From a virus (Duplodnaviria > Caudoviricetes), in the IMG/VR virus record IMGVR_UViG_3300037067_013676, positions 1-64,000 of that record: a DNA stretch of 64,000 bases, one strand, 5' to 3'. This document shows positions 55,097 through 64,000 of the stretch, piece by piece; the stretch's first letter is position 1; each line of letters starts with the position of its first letter. Under the pieces are notes generated by a model. It searched no databases, had not been told where the DNA came from, and worked only from the letters and a program-made list of their open reading frames with translations. Position numbers and translations under genes: made by a program.

Positions 55097-55684
55097 TTAA
55101 TAATTATATTTTTTAGTAATAATAGTATAATCTATTGTTTCTACTCCATCAGTATAAATTGAATATCTAAATTGATTTACAGGATATGTATTAGGTGGAG
55201 TATACGAAGTTTCCGTTGGTATATTTGTACAATAACATGTGGCAGCAAATATTTTTATACTATTTACTTCAGTTGCTCCCAATAATTCCCAATAAATAAG
55301 AGGATAAGCTGTTATTGATTGATGCCAAGTTGAAGGATTGGATAAAGTTCTATTACCAGCAGTATGAGTTGTTAATATTCCAGTATCCAAATCTTTAGTA
55401 TAATAAGTATAAGAAGTACTTAAAAAACTTGATTGCCAACCATAACCAAAAGAAGATTCTCCACTTTGTCTAACTGTTCGCATAGTCCATTTTACTGGAG
55501 TAGCAAAAACAGCTAAACTAGAAACTGGAATTGTGTCTGGAAGATTTATTGTAGTATAATACTTATTTGTATCAACTAACCCAGAAGGCATTGTAACTCT
55601 TCCAGAACTTATTATAGTGCCTATGTTAGATGTTATTTTACAACTATTACCTAATACATCAGTTACTCTTACTCCGTAACTCAT
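55097..55684 (-). CDS. tail protein, paralog domain 1
   Basis: YGVRVTD...YTKDLDTGILT...YPLIYW...IFAATCY...DYTI. Confidence 0.65.
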   Translation of the reverse strand: MSYGVRVTDVLGNSCKITSNIGTIISSGRVTMPSGLVDTNKYYTTINLPDTIPVSSLAVFATPVKWTMRTVRQSGESSFGYGWQSSFLSTSYTYYTKDLDTGILTTHTAGNRTLSNPSTWHQSITAYPLIYWELLGATEVNSIKIFAATCYCTNIPTETSYTPPNTYPVNQFRYSIYTDGVETIDYTIITKKYNY

Positions 55685-57885
55685 GACAAGAGTCCTAATT
55701 CTACACGAAGATTACCAGAATCATCATATACTTTAATTATTTTATTTGATCCATCCAACACTACTTTTCCCCCACTGCCAACATTAATAGCTTCGTCAAT
55801 AGTTAAACTGCCAGTATTAATCGCAATTGCATCTAATTGTGTTACATTAAGTTTATCGGCAGATATACTATCAGCTTGTATTCTGGCAGAATTTATATAG
55901 CCAGTTACTATTCCAGAAGCGTCAATGGTAGTTCCAAACCCTCTACCAATACTTATTATTGGTGCAACACTACTACTTTCACCTGGATCGCACATTGCCA
56001 ATAAAACTTTACCAGAACCAACTGAGTCACTGTAAGTTGTGCTAGTTTGTAACACTGTTTGAGATACAGCATCATCGTAATAAATATATGTAATATTTCC
56101 TACATCTCCAGTATTTCCAGCAACTATAGTTTTAGTAGTTCCATCAGAGAATTCTATATTACCTGAAGTCCATTCTACAGTATTATAATCTACATTAGAA
56201 AAAACTATAGTAGTTACATAATTTCTATCTCCTAAACTAACGCTGTCTGCGAGTATATCTCCACGAACTATTAGTGAATGTATAGATTCATCCCATTTAA
56301 TATAGTTTTCACTACCCATATCACCTATAATAACATCACCAGTATCAGCACTTCCACTAACACTTTCTAAAAATACACTAAATTTTCTAGTGCTGGAATC
56401 ATCATATAAAAACAATCCTTCATCCGATAACTCTATTCTTCTTCCAGTTATGGCAGTTTTTATATCTGGGGCATATAGTTTACCTCTTAAATATACATTA
56501 TCAGAATATAAACCATATCCAGAAAGTGTTCCATATAAATCATCGGTTATACCAGCCAAATTACCTAATCTAACTTTAGTAGTCCAATCATTATAAGTGG
56601 TAGAGTTTCTTAAATTTATATCTATAAAAGGAGCATAATTAGATACAGCATCTAAAGAAATAAATCCATTATTAGTGGTTCCCGAAGAAACAATAGCAGT
56701 TCCTTCAGTCCATGTAGGATTTGTAGTATATGAATTTGAAATATCTCTAGTTACTGTGTAGGTTGGAGCATTAGAAACATTTGTAACTAACATCCATTCT
56801 TGATTTATTCCACTTTTTATTGTTAATACTTCATTCAGAGAAAATACAGCTTCTTCAACAGTTATTGTTGTATCACTTGCGGATACATCTAAGGCTAAAA
56901 CTGAAGCATTGCCAATATATACCTTCCCGCCTACTGCCGATATTTGATCATATTCAAATACAGAAGAACTTATTATTCCTCTAATTCTAACATTTTCAAA
57001 TTCGGCATATCCTCCATCCTCAATTCGAAAACCACGTGATTCACTAACAAAATTCCCACTTCCAATACTATTTTTAGTAACTAAAATGTTACCTATTTTT
57101 GCATCATCAGTAGTAAATCGTGCTATTTCTATTCCATTATCATCATAAAAGAATGTTCCATTTCTATTAAATTTAGCTAAAGTAGTATCATTTGTAGAAA
57201 GTAATCTTAATTCAGAACTATCTAATTCAAGTGTTCCTTGTGTATTAATTATTTTTAAATTTTCGCTCAGTCTAATATTACCTATTAAATTATCAGCTAA
57301 AATAGGAGATATGTTATCTCTTAATAATTCTATAGTATCTTCTTCAAATCTGTTATTATATCCATATAATTTATATTCTTTAAAATTAACTATATAAGCA
57401 TTCCAAGAACTATCCTTATTATCTTGTATTAAAGAAGTGGTTCCAGGTTGAGGAACAATTATTTTAGCCATAGTTAATTTTTTAGCATCGTAGGTTTTTT
57501 CTACCATGACCATATCTCTATATAAAACTATATAAAACACAGAACAGGTATTATCAAAAGGTATTTGTAATGTTAAATTTTCTGTAAGTTCATATAAAAC
57601 TCCACCTACAGCACCTTTACCGGAACTAATATTAACACTACTAGAAATAGGGCTGGTTTCTACAACCTCCAATCCATTTATTATAGTTGAGGGAAGAGTT
57701 TCTTCTAATAAATTTTGTACTCCAGAAATTATTTCTGCTGTAGTAGCGTTTGATGCATTACTAAAACCCAGAGTACCTGTTCTACTAGTTTGATTATTAT
57801 AAGAAGATTTAGTATTATAAGATACTCTCTTTTCAATTTCTTTTACAATTTGAGAGTAAATATTTTTTGTAGTGAGTTTGTTCAC
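55681..57885 (-). CDS. central tail fibre/host-specificity-like protein
   Basis: Beta-helix-like repeats (DASGIVTGYINSARIQADSISADKL); ends DDSGNLRVELG. Confidence 0.7.
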   Translation of the reverse strand: MNKLTTKNIYSQIVKEIEKRVSYNTKSSYNNQTSRTGTLGFSNASNATTAEIISGVQNLLEETLPSTIINGLEVVETSPISSSVNISSGKGAVGGVLYELTENLTLQIPFDNTCSVFYIVLYRDMVMVEKTYDAKKLTMAKIIVPQPGTTSLIQDNKDSSWNAYIVNFKEYKLYGYNNRFEEDTIELLRDNISPILADNLIGNIRLSENLKIINTQGTLELDSSELRLLSTNDTTLAKFNRNGTFFYDDNGIEIARFTTDDAKIGNILVTKNSIGSGNFVSESRGFRIEDGGYAEFENVRIRGIISSSVFEYDQISAVGGKVYIGNASVLALDVSASDTTITVEEAVFSLNEVLTIKSGINQEWMLVTNVSNAPTYTVTRDISNSYTTNPTWTEGTAIVSSGTTNNGFISLDAVSNYAPFIDINLRNSTTYNDWTTKVRLGNLAGITDDLYGTLSGYGLYSDNVYLRGKLYAPDIKTAITGRRIELSDEGLFLYDDSSTRKFSVFLESVSGSADTGDVIIGDMGSENYIKWDESIHSLIVRGDILADSVSLGDRNYVTTIVFSNVDYNTVEWTSGNIEFSDGTTKTIVAGNTGDVGNITYIYYDDAVSQTVLQTSTTYSDSVGSGKVLLAMCDPGESSSVAPIISIGRGFGTTIDASGIVTGYINSARIQADSISADKLNVTQLDAIAINTGSLTIDEAINVGSGGKVVLDGSNKIIKVYDDSGNLRVELGLLS

Positions 57886-57893
57886 TTATGTGT

Positions 57894-58046
57894 TTATTCC
57901 TTCACTTCTGTTTTTACTTCTTCTGGTTCTTTAACTAAATCTTCAATTAAAGCAATCTGCCCAACTATTTGATCGTAAATTCTAGCTGTTCTGTCTCTTA
58001 ATTCTTGTTTTTCCTTTAATAACTTGATTAAACCTTCTCTGTTCAT
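57894..58046 (-). CDS. 50-aa coiled-coil protein (not in ORF track)
   Basis: MNREGLIKLLKEKQELRD...; GGAG SD. Confidence 0.45.
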   Translation of the reverse strand: MNREGLIKLLKEKQELRDRTARIYDQIVGQIALIEDLVKEPEEVKTEVKE

Positions 58047-58048
58047 TT

Positions 58049-58540
58049 TTACTCCTTTCTTTTTTCTGCTATTAATTTAATTCCCCAGTTTTGGCATAAA
58101 TCATCAAACAAACTCTGGGGGAATGATACCCCACTAACTTCTTTTGTCCCAATTTTAATTATAGCACCACAAAATCTACCGCCATCAAAATTAGTATTTG
58201 CATAGGACACTTTGCTTACATCTGCATTAGAAAAATTACAAAACTTAGCATCGCAATCTCTAATCCAAGATATACCTACAAATCTAGCACCTTCAAAATT
58301 ACAGTGATTCATTTTGCAATGAATTAAACTAAAAGAAAGTTTGGCGTTTTCATCGCCTAATACACAATTAGAAAAATTACATCCAGATATATCTCTATCT
58401 CTAACATTAAGTTTCTTTATGATAGCTCTTGAAAGATTCACATTTCTTAAATCTACATTCTCCACTAATGAAGATATATCTAAACCATTTTTTATTGCTG
58501 TATCAATTTTAGTTTTAAGAATATTTGTATATGGTAGCAT
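58049..58540 (-). CDS. pentapeptide-repeat protein
   Basis: VDLRN VNLSR...CNFSN...CNFEG ARFVG...ADVSK VSYAN TNFDG. Confidence 0.85.
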   Translation of the reverse strand: MLPYTNILKTKIDTAIKNGLDISSLVENVDLRNVNLSRAIIKKLNVRDRDISGCNFSNCVLGDENAKLSFSLIHCKMNHCNFEGARFVGISWIRDCDAKFCNFSNADVSKVSYANTNFDGGRFCGAIIKIGTKEVSGVSFPQSLFDDLCQNWGIKLIAEKRKE

Positions 58541-58551
58541 TTTATTTCCTT

Positions 58552-59265
58552 TTATGAAGATGGATAGTTATATTGATTTAAATATTTAGTTTTTTTATGA
58601 CATTTTTTGCATAATATTTGACCGCTATTTATATTCCAGAAAGGTTCATATGTAGTGGCAAGTCTAAGTAAAGTTTCTTTATCTTCCATCGGACTGAATT
58701 GTGAATAAATACTTAAAAATTCATTAAATATAATAATAAATTCTTTTATATGATGACATTCTATAGGTCTACCAATATGACCACATTCTTGGCAGGTATA
58801 GTTATCTCTTTTAAATATTTGATTTCTCCAAGTTTTATATTCTGGTAAATGTCTAATTGCTTTATAAAGAGGATATTTAACTTTAAAATTTTTCCAATTA
58901 TAATTTTTATCACCTTTTCCTAAACCCAATCTAATTCTTGTTTCACTTAGTTTTTTCCTATGTTCTGGAGATAATTTTTTATTTTTATTAGAAGACCAAT
59001 ATTTATTTTTTCTTATATATTTTCTTGAACAAGAAGGACATCGTGAAGCATATGAATTAGATAGTTTTTTACCACAATCAATACATATTGGATTTCTTCT
59101 ATAAGTTTTATTTTTACTGATTTTATTCCTAGCTTTTATTTTATTACTACAAGACATACATCTAGTACTTCCTACACTTATTTCTTTCCCACAGTCTATA
59201 CAATAATATTTTTTACAGTATTTACCATTTTTATAATTAAAATTATCTTTGCCCTTTTTATACAT
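58552..59265 (-). CDS. HNH homing endonuclease with zinc ribbons and NUMOD3
   Basis: CIDCG repeats; IFKRDNYTCQECG...ECHH...SGQILCKKCH. Confidence 0.85.
   Translation of the reverse strand: MYKKGKDNFNYKNGKYCKKYYCIDCGKEISVGSTRCMSCSNKIKARNKISKNKTYRRNPICIDCGKKLSNSYASRCPSCSRKYIRKNKYWSSNKNKKLSPEHRKKLSETRIRLGLGKGDKNYNWKNFKVKYPLYKAIRHLPEYKTWRNQIFKRDNYTCQECGHIGRPIECHHIKEFIIIFNEFLSIYSQFSPMEDKETLLRLATTYEPFWNINSGQILCKKCHKKTKYLNQYNYPSS
58643..58686 (-). repeat. 44-bp core identical to the 7037/49684 block
   Basis: GAAGATAAAGAAACTTTACTTAGACTTGCCACTACATATGAACC; flanks differ mostly at third codon positions. Confidence 0.85.
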
Positions 59266-59273
59266 TTATTCTC

Positions 59274-60851
59274 CTAAGAAGATGGATAAAAACTTAACAA
59301 AATTGTGTAATAGCCGTTATTATCTTTTATCGATTCACAAAAATAATTCCTATTTATATTTGTAAATTCGTCAACTACTCTTATTGTATCACCAACACTT
59401 AAATGTGGGGAATATAATACATCAACTTGTATTTTAGTATGGTTTTTAACAAATTCCTTCAAAAACTCTTTAGTTACATAGTCTAATTGTGTTTTACTAT
59501 ATAAAGTGTTATCATCTACTTTGTTTGCTTTATATAATCTATCCCCTAACTTATGCTTTAACCCTTTATAATCGTAAAGAGTATTATCACCTTCAATTTC
59601 TTCAACTACCAAAGAATCTATGCTATGTGATTCACTTAAACCACTTACTCCACTAAAAGAAGTTGATGTGGTATCTGTATAAGTAAATACATCAAAAGTT
59701 CCATCACTATTCTTTATGTAGGCAGTTTTTGAAGTTTCGCCAGAATCTAGTTCAAATCCTTCAGTAGAATCAACTAATATAGATGTTGGATATTCTCCAG
59801 ATGTTAAAGCAGTTAAGTCTATAGCAGAAGATAAATAGGTTACGGGTATAAGTTTAGCTTCAGATTTTATTATTATGTCATCGTACGCAGATATTTCAGT
59901 CAGAGCAACTACCCAAACTCCAGACTGTGTAGTAATTATAGTTCCATTCGCAGTACCCGAATCTATAGTTCCATAATCAATTAACTGTTGTCTATTAGAA
60001 TCACTTACAGTTACTTTTGTAGAACTATATTCTATTTTTTCTACATTTTCCAATACTAATTTTAAATATCTAGCAGTAAATCCCACACCTAAATCACTTT
60101 CTTCAAAACTTTTAGAACTTCCACCATTTAAAGAAAAACTATTGGTTTTATCAGAAATTTCATAGTAATTACTTCCATCTGTGGAATATTGTATAGTAGC
60201 AGTAAAATTAATGTCAAATTTCCTATTTTCATCTGGTCTAAAAAATCCAGCAAGTATGTCAAGTGCTTGAATAGTTTTAACCGCCCCCAAATCTATTATA
60301 GCGTAATTATATCCAGTTGGAGGTTCGCCATAAAATATAGTTTGAACTTGAGTGTCCCATCTACCATCTATAACAGCAGCTACATCGGTAAACACTGTTA
60401 CTACACTGTAGTACTGATAAGTAGCTTTAACTGTAGCTTGTGCAGGAACTTTTATTAGTTTTTTAGCTATCTTAAATTCTGCTTTATCATAATCTATTAT
60501 TAAATCATCTGTAGAATAAAATACATAATACGTTGCTGTAGCAACACTTTCTACATCTGTATTCTTTTCTGAACCTGGCACATTTAAAATTCCAGCACCA
60601 TAATCCATAAATTCATAATATGGTGCTAAAGTGTAAACTTCCTCTCCAAAAGAATCATAAAATATAATAGATTTAGAAGGATCAATACTAGAATGGGCGA
60701 ATTTTATCCTGTAGTATGTGTAGGTATGTGAAGTTACTTCCGTACCACCACCGCCACCCCTTATTCTATAAGAAACATTTATAATGGGATTTTTATGAGA
60801 ATACCAAAATATAATCTCCCACAATAATAAAGAAAATAAAATAAATAACAC
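59274..60851 (-). CDS. tail tip protein, C-terminal part (F5/8-like beta domain)
   Basis: IDLGA...ARYLKL discoidin-like motif; C-terminal PHLSVGDTIRVVD; in frame with the upstream ORF across one TAA. Confidence 0.65.
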   Translation of the reverse strand: MLFILFSLLLWEIIFWYSHKNPIINVSYRIRGGGGGTEVTSHTYTYYRIKFAHSSIDPSKSIIFYDSFGEEVYTLAPYYEFMDYGAGILNVPGSEKNTDVESVATATYYVFYSTDDLIIDYDKAEFKIAKKLIKVPAQATVKATYQYYSVVTVFTDVAAVIDGRWDTQVQTIFYGEPPTGYNYAIIDLGAVKTIQALDILAGFFRPDENRKFDINFTATIQYSTDGSNYYEISDKTNSFSLNGGSSKSFEESDLGVGFTARYLKLVLENVEKIEYSSTKVTVSDSNRQQLIDYGTIDSGTANGTIITTQSGVWVVALTEISAYDDIIIKSEAKLIPVTYLSSAIDLTALTSGEYPTSILVDSTEGFELDSGETSKTAYIKNSDGTFDVFTYTDTTSTSFSGVSGLSESHSIDSLVVEEIEGDNTLYDYKGLKHKLGDRLYKANKVDDNTLYSKTQLDYVTKEFLKEFVKNHTKIQVDVLYSPHLSVGDTIRVVDEFTNINRNYFCESIKDNNGYYTILLSFYPSS

Positions 60852-62660
60852 TTATTTGCCCCCTCCACTCTTAGTTACGGTCGTGTTCGTAATTTCAATT
60901 GCGATCGCCTGCCCAGCTACTACATGTGAAGTATTGTCTATTGCAACTTCATTTATATATATTGTGGGTTTCATAGTTTCTACCGTTATAGCTCCAATTC
61001 CAGAAACGGGCGACCCATAGACATAATAATTATCTTCTTCTCTTAAATTAGTTAATTCTGAAGCAGTTGCGGTTGCTTTATAAGATTCTCCAGTACCTAC
61101 AAATGTAACTCCATCGCCATACATTAAATTAGTTGGATTTTTATTTTTTCCATAAAATACAGTTCTTGTATACAAGTCATCATCTTCCATGAACGTTAAT
61201 GCAGTTGCTAATTTTAATGTATAATCTTCATTTACTCTCTGTGAATAGTAATTAGCCCAAATTTTATTATTGCCTTTAGTTCTAACCAAAAAGTTGGGAG
61301 CGACATACTCTTTGACCTTTTTTAATGCTTCATATCTATTCTCAACTTCTCTTGAACGAAAACTAATTCTATTTAGTGAAATACCAGAAGCTTGTAAAGT
61401 TTTGAAGAAATAATCCCTATTACATGTAATCAATGATTGAGTGGAAATAGCATTTTCTATTATTATTCTACCATATCTTTTATCAACATAAACTAAACCT
61501 CCTCCATCATGTGGTATAGTAAAATCGCCTGAAACTAAATCTGTTACAAGATTAGAAAAATAGAGGTACCAAACCCTACCTGCGGCATAACTATTAGTAT
61601 ATTCAAAATAACTACTTATTGCATGATTTTTTAATGAATTATTACCTGTAGTTGGTATTCCTTGTAATGTAGTACCACTAATAGACGACCAAGTAAAAGT
61701 ATCTCCATTAACATTACCTTCACCTGAAGTTGGCAGTCCTTCAACTGAATCTAAAGTTAAAGTACTATTTCCAGCGGTAAAAGCTGAAGATAATTGATGA
61801 TATATAGTAATGTTTGTAGAAGTGTAGTTGGGCACTAGGGTATCAATCGTAGTTCCCATTTCATCATAAAAAGCTGTGGTTAAATGATTGTCAATTACTT
61901 TTTGAGCATTAGATTCATTAAACATAAATTTCCCATAGCCATCTGCGGCAGTGAGTATATCTTCTATTATGTCTTCTACATAAACGCCATGAACATAAAA
62001 AGAATAGGTGGCGACTAAATCATAATTATCTTTTGCATTTAAAACACTCCCAAGTTTTACTTGTCCATTCTCATACATCACAGTGTAACCGTCCCACTGT
62101 GGATCTTCTACATCAGTATTTTTATTCCTAATAACTAAAATAGGTAAAGGATTATCTGCAATATTATTATTTGCAAAATTAAATACTTGTGCTAATGTAT
62201 TGTTTGGTGAAGATAAATAATTTGGAGTTAATACTTCTTCTACCACTTGTATTTTAGTGCCTTCTACTTCTAAGTCTATGTCAGTAAATTGAAGTTCAGA
62301 TATAGCGTCTAGTCCAACAATAGTAACAGTTCTATCTGTTGCAGATTCCCCAAAAGAACGTTGATTTACTTTTCCATAAAACTTTTTAAATTCTTTACTT
62401 GAACCTTCAAAATATTCACTAAATTCTATTACATCACCAACTTCTATTTTACTAGCACCATTATCACCAAATATATTAGCATTATTATTTAACACAAAAG
62501 TAGCAGACATGGAACCAAAACTAATGTCACTACTCAATCCCCAACTAATTAAATAATCAGAAATGTCTACAGAATCTATCTTTAGAATAAATTTAACCTT
62601 TACATCTTTATTATTTAATTGATTTTCTATAGTTACTGGTAGTAAAGTTTCTTTAGACAT
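60852..62660 (-). CDS. tail tip/baseplate hub protein, N-terminal part
   Basis: Follows the distal-tail-like gene; FYGKVNQR...VGLDAIS; ends TTVTKSGGGK*. Confidence 0.7.
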   Translation of the reverse strand: MSKETLLPVTIENQLNNKDVKVKFILKIDSVDISDYLISWGLSSDISFGSMSATFVLNNNANIFGDNGASKIEVGDVIEFSEYFEGSSKEFKKFYGKVNQRSFGESATDRTVTIVGLDAISELQFTDIDLEVEGTKIQVVEEVLTPNYLSSPNNTLAQVFNFANNNIADNPLPILVIRNKNTDVEDPQWDGYTVMYENGQVKLGSVLNAKDNYDLVATYSFYVHGVYVEDIIEDILTAADGYGKFMFNESNAQKVIDNHLTTAFYDEMGTTIDTLVPNYTSTNITIYHQLSSAFTAGNSTLTLDSVEGLPTSGEGNVNGDTFTWSSISGTTLQGIPTTGNNSLKNHAISSYFEYTNSYAAGRVWYLYFSNLVTDLVSGDFTIPHDGGGLVYVDKRYGRIIIENAISTQSLITCNRDYFFKTLQASGISLNRISFRSREVENRYEALKKVKEYVAPNFLVRTKGNNKIWANYYSQRVNEDYTLKLATALTFMEDDDLYTRTVFYGKNKNPTNLMYGDGVTFVGTGESYKATATASELTNLREEDNYYVYGSPVSGIGAITVETMKPTIYINEVAIDNTSHVVAGQAIAIEITNTTVTKSGGGK

Positions 62661-63049
62661 TAAGAATCAGACTCCTTAAAAGTAACGGAAATGTCAAACA
62701 TTGAAACATTGCCCGCAAACCAAATTCTTCTGTAACTCATAAATCTTCCAAATATTGTTTGATTGTCATGAGTAACTATTTTTACTTTTTCGCCAAAATT
62801 TATATATTCTTCTATTTGATTTCTAAAAGCAGCAGTAGTATCAGCCCAGAAGAATTCTATAGAACCTTTATTTCTTCTTACTTCTGGAGTAACATAAGCT
62901 TCGCCACCATTAGCTAAAGTAATGGTTTGAATAGTAGAATTAATTTGTTTTTCTATATCACTATTTGGTCTTGGTAGAGAAGTATCTACCACCCAACTTA
63001 TTCCATCCGACTCAATTGTGAACACTGTCCAATCATAGGTTTTTGACAT
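62660..63049 (-). CDS. distal tail-like protein
   Basis: 129 aa directly after the tape measure gene. Confidence 0.55.
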   Translation of the reverse strand: MSKTYDWTVFTIESDGISWVVDTSLPRPNSDIEKQINSTIQTITLANGGEAYVTPEVRRNKGSIEFFWADTTAAFRNQIEEYINFGEKVKIVTHDNQTIFGRFMSYRRIWFAGNVSMFDISVTFKESDS

Positions 63050-63061
63050 TGTTTATTCCTT

Positions 63062-64000
63062 TTACTCTACCGAAGCCATGCGACTTGAAATTGAAAATTC
63101 TTCATCAAGAGAACTTTTTGCTGAAAAATAAGAGCTGCTGGGAAGTATATACGTGCGAATATCAGTTCTGAGGGCTATTAGATTACGATTTACCAATTCT
63201 AACTGTTTATTTGTTACATTTATTTTAGAAGAAATAGTATTAGTAGAAGTTCTACTTTCAGTTGAGGTTTTTTCCCCTCCACTACTAAACATAGTAAGAG
63301 CTAAACCAGCTGCAACAGCGGCTAAAGCAATCCATCCAACTGGACCAATTGCAGCTAAACCAGCCCCAATACCACCCATTAAACTACCTCCACCAAGTCC
63401 AGCGGCAGCACCCCCCATAGAAGCTGCCATGGCAGCATTTGTAGCCATATATCCACCAAACCCAGCTCCAAAAGAACTTAAAGCTCCCATAGCTCCTAAA
63501 GCTCCAACTCCCATTAATCCTTGTCCAATAGCACCTCGCTGATTTGATCCACTACTTCTAGCAGAAGAATAAGCAGAATATCCTAACATACCCCCTGCCA
63601 TCATAGAATTTGCAGTTTGATTTTTTCCACTTAAAAGATTTCCCCAGAAACCTCCGCTAGTGTTAGGAGTAACAGTTCCAGTATCAGGATTATAAAATGC
63701 AGTTTGTCCAAGCGAACCAACGGTACTTTGAAACATTGGTTGTCCTTTTATTGTACTAGAAGTACCACTCCAACCAGCAATCCTAGCAGCTACACCACCT
63801 TTAGTTACATTTAATCCATCAACATGTCCTCTTTTAATTAAATCATACACTACTTTATGACCATTTTCAATTTGACCTTTAAGTCCCTGCATTGTTTCAC
63901 CAAAAAACTCACCAAGACCAGTATCCCTGACTAAAAACTTGCCCATAGATTCTGCTATTGTGGTTCTAAAACTTTCTCCCATAGCATTAACTATACTGGT
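63062..64000 (-). CDS. tape measure protein, C-terminal part (runs off the window)
   Basis: Ala/Gly-rich amphipathic segment GPVGWIALAAVAAG; frame stays open to the window edge. Confidence 0.75.
   Translation of the reverse strand, partial: TSIVNAMGESFRTTIAESMGKFLVRDTGLGEFFGETMQGLKGQIENGHKVVYDLIKRGHVDGLNVTKGGVAARIAGWSGTSSTIKGQPMFQSTVGSLGQTAFYNPDTGTVTPNTSGGFWGNLLSGKNQTANSMMAGGMLGYSAYSSARSSGSNQRGAIGQGLMGVGALGAMGALSSFGAGFGGYMATNAAMAASMGGAAAGLGGGSLMGGIGAGLAAIGPVGWIALAAVAAGLALTMFSSGGEKTSTESRTSTNTISSKINVTNKQLELVNRNLIALRTDIRTYILPSSSYFSAKSSLDEEFSISSRMASVE

Noticed and set aside
52670-55684. Diversity-generating retroelement (TR/VR pair) in the repeated tail domains
   Set aside because: Copies are far too divergent at all bases, not adenine-specific, and no reverse transcriptase is in the window.
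7753-63542. Antisense or nested ORFs in the track (e.g. 7753-8331, 14055-14414, 20147-20446, 30224-30580, 45261-45743, 48710-48925, 49304-49636, 63153-63542)
   Set aside because: They lie opposite or inside well-supported genes, lack SD sites and motifs, and look like shadow ORFs.
1-64000. Alternative genetic code (stop-codon reassignment)
   Set aside because: Known genes (polB, nrdJ, recA, thyX) are full length in the standard code, and TAA, TAG and TGA all end genes; the 60852 TAA is an isolated case.

Overview
Fragment of a large, AT-rich (about 28-30% GC by eye) tailed dsDNA phage genome. It uses the standard genetic code and has bacterial-type SD and sigma70-like signals. A class II RNR and several radical SAM enzymes suggest an anaerobic, B12-rich host (inference). 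There are three blocks. (1) 1-27.1 kb, + strand: DNA methyltransferases, Rnl2-like RNA ligase, SSB-like protein, primase-helicase, resolvases, RecA, intein-containing PolB, NrdJ, exonucleases, MazG-like protein, dCMP deaminase, ThyX, several HNH homing endonucleases and four GC-rich structured intergenic RNA candidates. (2) 27.1-48.55 kb, + strand: a ~21 kb glycan-biosynthesis island with eight GT-A glycosyltransferases, two Maf/sialyltransferase-like proteins, NeuB/NeuA, three B12-binding radical SAM enzymes (one split by an intein), two SPASM-type radical SAMs, a truncated E1alpha/E1beta TPP pair, a class III aminotransferase, a VOC protein and a methyltransferase. (3) 48.5-64 kb, - strand: tail genes (end of tape measure, tail tip, fibres). 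The strongest candidate for an undescribed system is the phage-encoded pathway for a heavily tailored nonulosonate-type glycan. Next are the intein in a radical SAM enzyme, a tail-tip gene broken by a 96-nt stop-containing insert (recoding candidate) and the structured RNAs. All family assignments are motif-level recognitions; no database search was run.
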